NCBI GenBank assembly: GCA_951406725.2
Contig: OX597816.1
Coordinates: 45,942,001 to 46,006,000, forward strand
Direction: 5' to 3'
Origin: Octopus vulgaris
Taxonomy: Eukaryota
DNA length: 64,000 nt
Position 1 is the stretch's first letter. Every line of letters starts with the position of its first letter. The notes beneath the pieces are model-generated. The model made no database searches, was not told the origin of the DNA, and saw nothing but the letters and a program-made list of their open reading frames with translations. Below are positions 52,400 through 64,000 of this stretch, in pieces. A program made the position numbers and the translations under genes.

Positions 52400-52850
52400 C
52401 TTATTCTGGTCCCAGCAGTGAAACTTAACCCTCACAAAGTGTCCGATGGTATCACATTGTCTCCAACAATTCGGTGCAACACCAGTGCAAAATCACCTCC
52501 CTCCGACAAGTCATCCTAATGAGACGGCTGCGTTGGCTGGGTCATGCCCTCCATCGTCAACCAGGAGAATTCATCTACGAAGCAATTGCCCCAGCTCCCC
52601 TTCAGGGTTGGCAAAAGCGATGTGGTGAACAACAAAAAAACCTGGCTGATGACAGTCAAAGCTGATCTGGAACCCAACCTAGGCCCCCATGTCTACAGCG
52701 TTCACCGCTGGAATAAAGAGTGGTTGGAGATCACGCAGTCATTAGCCTCGAACAGCCAGGCCTGGTCGACATTTGTGAGAGATGCAACATTGAGGATGAA
52801 TGAAGCCAGTTCAACCCACCCCAGGTGAATGCTGTCTCAAGACAAGACAA
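52400..52850 (+). mobile_element. RTE-clade LINE 3' fragment, frameshifted
   Basis: RRLRWLGHALHR..GWQKRCG../KKTWLMTVKADL..WNKEW..LASNSQAWSTFVRD matches the RTE ORF C-terminus; (caaga)n tail. Confidence 0.85.
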
Positions 52851-52859
52851 TCTAAGCTG

Positions 52860-53225
52860 CTGAATATAGAGGCTCTCCATTCAGCAGCAAAGATGATCTA
52901 CATTTAAGATATATTAGCCTTAAAACAATTCTTTTATTCTACACCAAATAAGATAATCTCCTATGTTAACAACAGATGTCTCATCAGAAGTTTTTAGTAC
53001 AGGTTAGTACAATCAATACAAGTCTCATTGCTGAAATAGACTCTGAATATAGAGGCTCTCCATTCAGCAGCAAAGATGATCTACATTTAAGATATATTAG
53101 CCTTAAAACAATTCTTTTATTCTACACCAAATAAGATAATCTCCTATGTTAACAACAGATGTCTCATCAGAAGTTTTTAGTACAGGTTAGTACAATCAAT
53201 ACAAGTCTCATTGCTGAAATAGACT
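52860..53225. repeat. Perfect 183-bp tandem duplication
   Basis: Units at 52860-53042 and 53043-53225; no mismatch seen. Confidence 0.95.
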
Positions 53226-55182
53226 CGTACTCAAATACACAAAAATTACATTGGTAACATTCCAATTGGACAATAGCAAAATAGGGTTAAAAGTAACAGT
53301 TCCAAATTAAAATGCAGTTCAGGGATGTAATTAGGGTTATTACAATACATGTTAAGATTAGTCATTTAGCATTCCAGTTACCCTGTCAAATTTAATGCTT
53401 ATTTATGCAGATTCTTTTGAATTAATCATGCATTATCTTTTAGCTTTGAGATTTCAATGATGTGATTGTTTATTTTTAGAATGACATTGTAGGGTAAGTG
53501 TCAGAGGCTGGATCTGGCCAGTTTGAAAATAAAACAGGTAGAATATTTGGGTTAGATATGACTGGTTTGCTAATGAGATAGTATATGCAGGCAAACACAG
53601 TATAGTAGAAACACACAAAACACAATATAGTAGAAAAGTATGTATGTAGGACAAGATGTGATGGAGAAAACTGATCTTCCAATCAAACTTAGGAAGATAT
53701 GTTTCCATTCGTTTTTCTAAATACTGATATTATTTATATATTGGTCACGACACCTAACAGAAATGTTACTGTTTTCTGGTGGCATAAAAAGCACCCAGTA
53801 TACCCTGTGGAGTGGCTAGCATTAGGAAAGGCATCCAACCATAGAAACCAAGCCAAAACAGGCTATGAAACCAGGTACAGCCCCAAGTTCCTGTCAATTT
53901 GTCTGACCCATAGCAGCATAAAAAAAGGCATTAAATGATGATGACGTTGACGATAATTGATGAGGGCATTTGAGCAAACAGCATAAGGCATCCTATCCAA
54001 ATGTTGATCCATCTACTCTGAACTGGTTCCCTTTTTTCTTCTTTTTTTCTTTTCTTTTCATTATCAACCTTGAAATAATGTAAGGCAAAGCTGACCTCAG
54101 CAAGATTTGAACACAGTACACAACGAGTCAGAACAAATAATTGTAAAGCAAGCTGTCCAACATTCTAATGACTTGACCAATTTGACACCTACGATGACAC
54201 AGACACAAATATAATATGGTTAATCATGTGGAAAAAAAACATGAGATGTCACCCACGCAGATATTTGAAATTAAAAGCCAGGAGTCAATATAAACCAAGT
54301 AGAAGCTGTTACTCATATATCAAAGTATGTTCTTAATGCCAGACAGGAAAAGTTATCATCAACTAAGTAACTTTGAACTGAATGACCAGATAGGTAGCAA
54401 TTTTAGTACATATATAATCATAAAATTACACTGTACTTCAACTGGGTGTAAGGTTTTGTGTCTAATTATTTCATTTCATTTCATTTCACAAGCCAATGTC
54501 ACAAGGTTAACAGAGTAACATTAGCATTATTTAGTTGGTGAATGTTGCAGAATAAAGTTTAGCTCCTGGCAAGCCAAGCATAAGACCCAGATTTGATTGC
54601 TTGCTGAGACGACTTAACCTTCCTTCTGTTAATAAACTTTCAGAAGAATGCCACCTCAAATCTAGTCTTAATTTCCATTTGCCATTTCACATATATTTGC
54701 AGTCTTACATGATTGCATGTCTTAGACACAGAAAACACTGTTCAGTTTCATAACACTGAGTCGGTTATCCACTGAATCCACTGATGTGTGGGTTTTTTTT
54801 TACAACAGTATATACAAATCCTTAATGTATAGTTTCAATCACAAATGGGACATGTAAATATTTAGTTGGACAGGCCAGGTATAACTACTTACTCTTTTAC
54901 TTGTTTCAGTCGTTTGACTGTAGCCATGCTGGAGCACTGCCTTTAGTCTAGCAAATCGACCCCAGGATTTATCGCTTGACAACCAATGTTGGTGTGTTTA
55001 CGTCCCCTGTAACTTAGCAGTTTGGCAAAAGATCCCAATAGAATAAGTACAAGGCTTACAAAGAATAAGTCCTGGGGTCAATTTGCTCGACTAAAGGCGG
55101 TGCTCCAGCATGGTCACAGTCAAATGACTGAAACAAGTAAAACAGTAAAAGAATATCATCATTTAATAATCAGCCTCCTGTA

Positions 55183-55240
<58 letters not shown>

Positions 55241-56026
55241 CATACATACATACATACACACACACATGGGCAAACAAATACAAATAATCAGTGCTTTCTA
55301 GTAGTCATTCAAATGTTTACATAGAGGCATAAATCAAGCAGATCGTCAATAAATTCTCTCTCTCCCAAACATCTAAATCATGTCATCTGTTGTAACACAC
55401 AGTATTTCAAGTCTGATCTATCTACTACTCTCCAAGACATGCACAAAAATCCTTCCCTTTGCTCTATCTACAGTTCATCATCTATGACCCTCTCACCAGA
55501 CAATCTTCCTCACGTTCAGAGTAATTAATTATACAACATTATATATAAGCCTAGTGGGTACCCAAGGAAAATCCCTGGGTGATAAATGTTCACTTTTATA
55601 GTTAATTACTTGCAGCTAATTACATTTAGAGGGATTTGACTGAATAAAATATATGTTCCTCTTCATCATTTAATACATAGTACACACACAATTTATACAT
55701 GGTCAGCTGAACTTATAACATACATTTTACTATTCTTGTAATTTCATTAAATCAAAATTACAGAGATGGTAGCAACTAATTGCCTCTGATGCACATGTCA
55801 GTGTGATGAACAAACAAAGAGAGACACACTGCATATTATAATAGCTGAAAGGTGAACGTCAATAAATCCAAGCATCCAGAGAAATGCCTTCATAAACATC
55901 ACCCTAAGCAACCTCAATGCCTACCTCAGAGGTGGGAAATGCTACTCTAATTTTTGAGACATGGTCACTTGATCTGCTAGAAATAGCAAACAAACTTCTT
56001 TTGGATCAAATACTATATTATCTTAT

Positions 56027-56293
56027 GAAGGCACATAGCCTAGTGGTTAGGCTGTTGCACTCATGATTGTCAGATCATGGGTTTGATTCCCTGGTTGGGC
56101 AGCACATTTTGTTCTTGAGCAAAACACTACATTTCATGTTGCTCCAGCCCCCCCTTTTGATCAGGATGGAATATTGACCTGCTCACCTAGCCAGCTGGGT
56201 GGTGCCGTTGGAAAGCTAAAACAATACAAAATGCATTGTGACCAGCAATGTGTAAGAACATCTGACAGCCTGCTCAGTCACGTGGTTACATGA
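56027..56293 (+). mobile_element. Older SINE family D relative
   Basis: Shares the tRNA-like head and the tgcattgtgaccagc..tcacgtgg tail with 50115-50414; ttatcttat is repeated on both flanks. Confidence 0.75.
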
Positions 56294-59009
56294 TTATCTT
56301 ATAAAAGAATGAACATATCAAACATGCACCTTGATACACTATGTTTTGAAACAAAAGACTAGAACACCTTTGAATGCAAAGTCTATTTTTGCATCTAAGA
56401 GTCTATTTGTGATGTTTAAAACATTTTTTTTTCCCCACCTCAAAATAATCAATGTAAAACTGCTCTATTGAAAAATTGCAAACCAATCATAATAAAGTCA
56501 GAAGCCAAACAACAACACTGTGGCACAGTTTCTTTCATTTTTAGCCAGAACTTCATTCAATGTCACTACATATCCACAACTATGTAGTTATTACTCCAAC
56601 ATTACACTGCTCTAGAATTTCTTTTCTCACACATCAACTTTCTAATAGCAGTTCAAACTGAACATCAACAGCGCTAATCTTAAACAATGTACAAAAAGGT
56701 TGTGCACTGCCCCGCCTACATTGACTAATTAATACACATATACACACACACGCACAACCTTCACTATACTAGATCTTTCAAGCAACTCTTTATAATTTTG
56801 CATTTCTTATGGAGAAAGTCTGCCATTCGTACAAAGAGAGAGAAGCTTTTTGTAGTCAATAGAAATAGCAATTTTCTAAATTCTTTGCATCTTTGAACTC
56901 TTTCTCCATTATGCTATCACCAACTTTAAAGACTAGATGTTTTATCAATTTAGTTCAATGCCTCAAAGGTTTTTCAGCAGGGGTTTAGCTTTGCCTTTCA
57001 TCACATCAAGAAAACATTAACGCTGTCAAATAAGTCAACTATTTTTCTCCCGCTACCTTGCAAATACGACGATTGTGTCTAAGAAACAACAAATCAATGC
57101 TATCATGCTCAGATTTTACATATGTGCTTACTAAAAACGAAAAGAAATAATAATAATAAAAAAAAACAAATATTTAAATATATACTAACTATTTCATCTC
57201 TATTCTGTGTGAAGTGTTTTGGAAACTGTTTGTTTAAATACTCTCAGAAGATTATTCCAATTCTCCAGTAATCTATTTTGAAGAGATTCCTGCCATTAAT
57301 TTACTAAATGGTTAAATTTTCTGACAAACAAACACACACACACACACACCAACCAACTCCGAGTAATTATCTACACGTGTATTAGAATGTAACAAACAAC
57401 ATTGATACTTGAGAATCCTTTCCTTTCACTATGGAACTTGTGATTTAGATGACCTGTATTAATTGCTTCAATAAAACTCTATTATTATTACATCACCCGA
57501 TAATCCTTAAGCCTTTAGGTACGAACCCGCCTGAAACTGCTCCCAGACCTATGATACAAACTGCCTGTTTTAAAATTATCTAAACCAAAAACCTATTAGA
57601 AGTTAATACTAATTCATGTTCTAAACATCAGCTTTAATAAGAACAAAAGTTATTTTAATAAATTCTTTATTATTTTCAAAACTAATTGAAACAAAGACAG
57701 CGCATTTCAAAAGAAATATGGTAACAAACAGGTTAAAATGAATTCAAAATCAAACTGCTTTCATGAAAACATGGACAGGAACAACAAAGCATCTGAGAAG
57801 ACGATAGGTGCAATCATGGCTGTGAGGTTACAAAGTTTACTCCTTAACCACATAGTTTCAGGTTCAATCCCACTATACCACTATGTGGCACCATAGGTAA
57901 AGTGTTTTCTACTATAACCCAAGGCCAACCAAAGCCTTATGAGTAGATTTCATAGGTAAAAACCGAAAGAAGCTTGTCATGTGCATGATCATGTGTGCAG
58001 CTCCTTGTCATGAAATCATATCACAGATGTAAATGAGCACTGCTGTCATTCATTTCAAATCTATGAAAACATGTCTGGCCATGGGGAAATATTACTTTGC
58101 TTGGAAACAGGTGAGGACTGACAACAGGAAGAGCAATGTGGTCATAGAAAATCTGCCTGATAAACTCCATCTGACCTATTGCAAGCATGGAAAGGTGGAT
58201 GTCAAAACAATGATGTCAATGAAGCCAAAGTTTTTTTTTATATTCCTGAAGCTATGTTTGTAAAATTAATAGACAAAATACATATCAATAGTGATACATA
58301 TGTATCACTAATTCTATTAGAGTGAGAATGAATCTGAAAGCACCTGGGGAAAAAAACCTGCGAATGAATGAATGAATGAATGAATGAATGAATGAATAAG
58401 TAAGCATGTGAACAAATGAATACCATATACTGTCATCAGCAGCAGCATCATTGTATGCCCACTTTCCATACTGTCATGCATTGGACACAGACACAGAGAT
58501 ATATAAATAAATTGTGTGTGTATATATAGAGTGTATGTATGTGTATACATAGTGTATGTATGTGTGTATATGTATGTATGTATGTATGTATGTGTGTATA
58601 TGCATGTATGTATGTATGTATGTGTATATGTATGTATGTGTGTATATGTATGTGAGTTTGTGTGTGTGTATATATGTATAATAATATTGGGGAGTATAAC
58701 TCCAAACTTACAGGGAAAAATTCAATTTATTAATAAATCAAATTTCACAGTATAAATATATAAAATATAAATTAGAGATAAAACCACTATTAAGCAATTC
58801 AAACAGTGATAGACATAAACCAATACATAAATAACCAATATATATATATATATTCTTTTTTTTTTTTAAATATAAAACTTATAATTAGATCTCAAAAAGT
58901 ATAAAATGAATGATAAATATATAATATAATATTTATATTTTATATATATATGTATATATATATATATACACATACATACACACATACAGAGGGAAACAGA
59001 GAAACAGCA

Positions 59010-59190
59010 GACAGATAATTGAAAATCCTTTAACTGAAATGCTAGAGACTAGAAATGTTTCAGATTTTGCCAGGTTTGAGAAACACTGTATATTTTTACA
59101 TTTATAAAATGAGCTGACTTGGAAATGGGATCCAAGTGTAAATATACTATTCAGTTGTATTTCATAAAAGTACATTTTCACTATATATTG
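59010..59190 (+). mobile_element. Decayed pogo/Tigger-like DNA transposon end
   Basis: From memory, resembles Tigger4/MER46-type termini (gaaatgct..agaaatgtttcagatttt; gggatccaagtgtaaa). Not alignment-verified. Confidence 0.4.
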
Positions 59191-61852
59191 AAGACATACA
59201 GGCATGTCTGTGTGGTTAAGAAGCTCACTTTGCAACTACATACTTCTGGGTTCCATCCCACTGCATGGAACTTTGGAGAAGTGTCACTTTCTATAGCCCC
59301 AGGCCAACTAATGCATCAAGAGTGAATTTGGTAGAGAGAAACTGTGTGGAAGCCTATCATGTGTGTGTAAATGTGTGCATGTGTGTTGTGTTTGACCACC
59401 ACCAGCATTTGACACTGGTGTTGCTTTGTTTATATCCTTATAACTCAGCAGTTTAGCAGAAACTGATAGGCTGATTACAAGACAGAAAAGTAAGTACTGT
59501 GTGGGGGAGGCTTTGACTAAACCCTTCAAGGTGGTGCCCCAGGAAAAAAAGTAAATAAAAGATATAAATGTAGTTTTATATACATTTGGTGCGGCTCCAA
59601 TTCCATACAGAAACTGAAAGAAGAGAGAGAGAGGGAGAAGGATTTTTTTCCGTGTGCTTTTCTCTAAAAATCACAGAGCCATAGACAGTGGTATCAATTC
59701 TCCAGTCAACAAATTGTCCAATGGCTTTGCACCTTTGCAGACATGTAGAATATGAGATCCCTTACTTGGAAAACAGATAAAGGTTAATGGCAGAAAGGGC
59801 ATCCAGTTGTCAAATAAGCCTCAATAATATATTCGTTTAACCCATACTAGCATAAAAAAAGAGGAAGGTGTGTGTGGTTGTGTGTGTGTGCATATATACT
59901 AGCTTTGCATATACAGATAAAAAAATTAGCCAAACTAAAAGACATGTAGTAAGTAATTTATATAAAACAAGACCAATGGTAAACTTAACACGTTATACAT
60001 AATGGCTGAGCAATAAAACTACCGGTGAACACTTGCACACAAACACTCTTGCACTTGTATATAGCCATCCAAAAATTCCTTTATTCTTTTGTTTGTCATT
60101 TTACTGTGGCCATGCTGGAGCACCACCTTAAAGGGTTTTAGTCAAAGAAATTGACCCCAGGACTTATTCTTTGTAAACCTAGTAATTGTTCTATTGGTCT
60201 CTTTTGCTGAACCACTAAGTTACAGGGACTAAAACACACCAGCATTGATTGTCAAGCAATGGCAGCGGGGACAAGCATGCACACACAATGGGCTTCTTTC
60301 AGTTTCCATCTACCAAATCCACTCACAGTGCTTTGGTCAGCCCGAGACCATAGTGGAAGACACTTGCCCAAAGAGCCATGCAGTGGGACTGAACCCAGAA
60401 CCATGTGGTTGGAAAGCAAGCTTCTTACCACACAGCCACACCTGCACCTATATACATCTCTAAATATATACATGTCCACTCAACAATACATGTGCAACCA
60501 CATATGCACATGCAATCACAGACACTAAGCACAGATGAGTGAACAGTTTTTTGCTTATTGCTGTTGTTATTTTGTCCCATGTCTGCTCTGATCAAGAAGG
60601 CCTATGATCAATGGTATTCTAGCTAGGTACTGCGAACAGAGTACCACATTTTCTAATGTGTCCTTTTCTATCTCTTTTCAACTCTCTTCCTCTCTGTCAC
60701 TCCCTACCGTCTCGCTCTCTTTCTCTTCTATTCTGCTATTTTTAACAAAATGAGCAAACATGTGGAAGGTCCCTTGGATAAGCAATACACACAGGCATAA
60801 GCAAACACACACATGGAAAGGTAAAACTGTATGTATACACAATCAAAATGAAAGTACACACATACATACACATTTACTTGTATACAAGCACACTGCAGGC
60901 ACTATGTTGAATAAAAAAAATAAAATAAAATAACACCACCAGAAAAACAAATCTATGTTACGATAAGAGATCAATATTGCAAGATTCGAGATCGATAGGC
61001 AAATCTAAATAAAACTTATGAGGGGGAATGTAACCCAATCAAGTGATTGATTAGATAATAAATATATTAAAAAAAAATCAAATGAGTGTGTGCGAGTGCA
61101 CGTGTGTTTGTGCGCGTGTGTATGAATGGGCAACAGGAAGTGAGCAAATGAACGAGTGATTACTAGAGATTAGAATGAACGAATTAATGAATGAGAGAAT
61201 GAATGAGAATATTGACAGGCAGGCCAGGCACATACAACTTCAAAGTATTGGTGAGAAAGAGAGAGGGGAGAGGAAGAGAGAGAAAAAAAGAGAAGGGAGA
61301 GGTTGAAAAAGAGAGGACAGAGGGAGAAAGAGTAAAGGACGGAGAATGTGCCAAGAAGAGAGAGAGAGAGAGAGAGTCAGCTAGGAAGAGAGAAAGACAG
61401 ACAGGAAGTAAAAAAGAAAAGAGGAGGAAGTGAAAGGAAATAGAGAGGATGAGAGAAACATGCAGAAGCAAAGTACAAGAGCAATAATAATAATAACAAC
61501 AACAAGAATTCAATATAATGGATCAGTTCTAATTAACAGAAGTCATCAACAAAGTGGTAACAGAAGTATTTACAACTAATGACAATGTTATTCGTTTGCT
61601 GGTTTCAGTCACTGGACTGCAGCCATGCTAGAACACCCAGCTTCCAGCATTTAGCTGATAGCATTGACTGAAGTACTTACATTTATCTCATCTATCGAGT
61701 ACTCAGTCAAGTACTTATTTTATCAATCTCTATTTGCTGAACCACTAGATTGCATAGCATAAATAAATACTTGCACCTATCAAATTCCACTCACTAAGTT
61801 ACATGGCCAACCAGATGCTATGAGAAGAAGACACACTTCCCCTTGGGTGCTG

Positions 61853-62056
61853 TTGTTGTTGTTGTTAAGCAACAAGATGGGTAAGGGTGATTAGGTGATG
61901 GTCTAGGGCTTAGGGGCGGGAGGCCCCAGACCTTAAGGAAAAAAAAACTTTGGTTGTCTTGTAGTCGAGGGCTCTTCGTTGACGCCCGACACCACTGGGA
62001 GGTGGCCCTCAAAGTCACTGGAAATGGAGATCTCCGGGTCCAAATTCTTGAATGGC
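61853..62056 (-). mobile_element. Non-LTR retroelement 3' fragment with (AAC)n tail
   Basis: 14-bp TSD ccccttgggtgctg at 61839-61852 and 62057-62070; GC-rich insert interrupting a family A SINE. Confidence 0.75.
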
Positions 62057-63195
62057 CCCCTTGGGTGCTGCAAGGAACTGAGACTAATATGCATGAATGA
62101 TTGCAAAAACCATAAAGAGCCACACTGTTATGTCTGCAACTATCGTTCCTAGAAGGCTTTACTCTCGTGCTTTCTGTCCCTTTCCATTTATATGATAGAT
62201 TCTCTTGTTGTGAACAACAAATGAGGGTTCAGTAAAATAAAGTGGTAATCATGTTTGATGGACACAAATGGGTCTCTTGAGGCCAGCTGATGCCTTGCAA
62301 ACCTTTTGGCAAATGGAGCAAGTTGAGGACTCAGTTTACTCAAGTGCTCATGGATCATTCACTATGTGTTTTCTAGAGTGGTTGGCAAGGCCTACTTTGC
62401 TTTGTACCACAAAACCACAATGACAGGTAAGGTTTCCATTTGAAAGAGCAGCATTTTGCCAGCATGCCTTCATGCTGGCATGATGTTGGTCCCAATCTTG
62501 GGAGTTGATCTTGCTTAAATCTTCGAACTGAGGAGGAGCATATATAATTTATCATTATTGGATTCCCCTACTGATTTCAATGATTGAGGACTTGACTTTT
62601 TTTCTTTCTTTTTTTTTTGCTTTTGGGTGTTTTTATCTATATAACTCTGACAACTGTCTCTTTTATGAGACTTTAATCCAGCCACTAATTTACAAACAAG
62701 TCCACAGATTTGACATAGGAAAGAATTGTTAAAGTAGCTGGCATGTTTGCAAGTTAGTTTTTGTCTTTGCTCTCAATTCTTTATGATATTCTGGATGGTC
62801 CAATTCCTAACTCTTTATGGATTTATAGCAAGTTAACAGCTATCTATGGTGATTCAATAAGTTTGTTCATTTTAATATGCACTTTTCTATGACAGCAAAG
62901 GTTTAGACTGGCAGTTATTTGAGGTAGGATTTTACAGCTAAATGATCTTTTTGTTGAAAACCCTTACCTGCTTTTCAAGTAAGAGATTTTTATCCCAGAA
63001 GTCTTTGAAAGTACAGAGCAACCGACCATAATCTCTGCTGTAGGCACAAGGCCCTAAATTTCAGAAGACAGGGCTAATTAATCACATCAACCCCAGTGCA
63101 AAACTGGTACTCATTTTATCAATCCTAAAAAGATGAAATGCAAAATCGGCCTCAGCAAAATTTGAACTCGGAAAACGTAAAGATGGACATAATAC

Positions 63196-63420
63196 CTATT
63201 TCTTTACTACCCACAAGGGGCTAAACAAAGAAGGGACAAACAAGGACAGACAAACGGATTAAGTTGATTATATCAACCCCCAGTGCGTAACTGGTACTTA
63301 TTTAATCGACCCTGAAAGTATGAAAGGCAAAGTCGACCTCAACGGAATTTGAACTCAGAACATAGTGGCAGACGAAATACCGCTAAGCATTTCGCCCGTC
63401 GTGCTAGCGTTTCTTCCAGC
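63196..63420 (-). mobile_element. SINE family B inserted in an older family B relative (about 63040-63450)
   Basis: Same body as 31873-32103; junction aatac|ctatttct. Confidence 0.8.
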
Positions 63421-63867
63421 ATTCCGTCTGGCAGGCTAACAATTCTGCCAGGTTGTTGCTTAAGAGTAACCAATCATAAATGTCAACATCATCACCATTT
63501 GGTTGAAGCAGTAAGGAGTGTTGAATATCAATGTTCAACACACATACACATGATGGGTTTCCTACAGTTTCTGTCTACCAAATTCATTCACAACCCAAGT
63601 TTGGAGTGGAAGACAGTGACCAAGGTTCCAACCAGTGCAACCAAATCCAAAACCACAAGGTTGCGAAGCAAACTTCTCAACCACAAATACTAATTCATTA
63701 ATGTTAAAAACTTATAAATATTATGAGAAGACAGAAGGACTCTGCATAGTGTGTTTATATGTGCATACATACACACACTGTGCATGCATATATATATCTA
63801 TATTATAAATGATGATGATGATGAAGCTATTGGATTGTCATTTGTATTTCTCTATCAAATTTATTGT

Positions 63868-63902
<35 letters not shown>

Positions 63903-64000
63903 CTCCTGTGCAGGTGGCACATAAAAAGCACCATTTGAGTGTGGCCGTTGCCAGTACTGCCTGACTGGCCATCGTGCCGGTGACACGTAAAAGCACCCAC

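Noticed and set aside
62457-62480. Perfect 10-bp hairpin tgccagcatg-cctt-catgctggca
   Set aside because: Too short for a miRNA precursor and plausible by chance in 64 kb.

Overview
AT-rich, microsatellite-dense eukaryotic DNA with no long coding ORF. The dominant tRNA-derived SINE families point to an octopus (coleoid cephalopod) genome; this is inferred from repeat content. The window looks like the large-intron 5' part of an unidentified minus-strand gene. By eye I find a strong 76-nt internal exon (18714-18789), a 17-nt exon and two 3-nt candidate microexons (17539-17555, 17267-17269, 9716-9718), and several candidate alternative start exons that can all converge on phase 1. Most of the remainder is repeats: four or more SINE families, RTE, CR1 and R4/Dong LINE 3' fragments, an internally deleted mariner, hAT and piggyBac MITEs, minisatellites and short local duplications. 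The most unusual object is a 369-bp TSD-flanked element (38832-39200). It joins a tRNA-derived Pol III head to inverted arms that each carry a minimal type I hammerhead ribozyme of the Penelope kind, so it is a candidate ribozyme-bearing, Penelope-mobilised SINE. All exon calls rest on splice motifs only and need RNA-seq. Repeat boundaries without TSDs are approximate.
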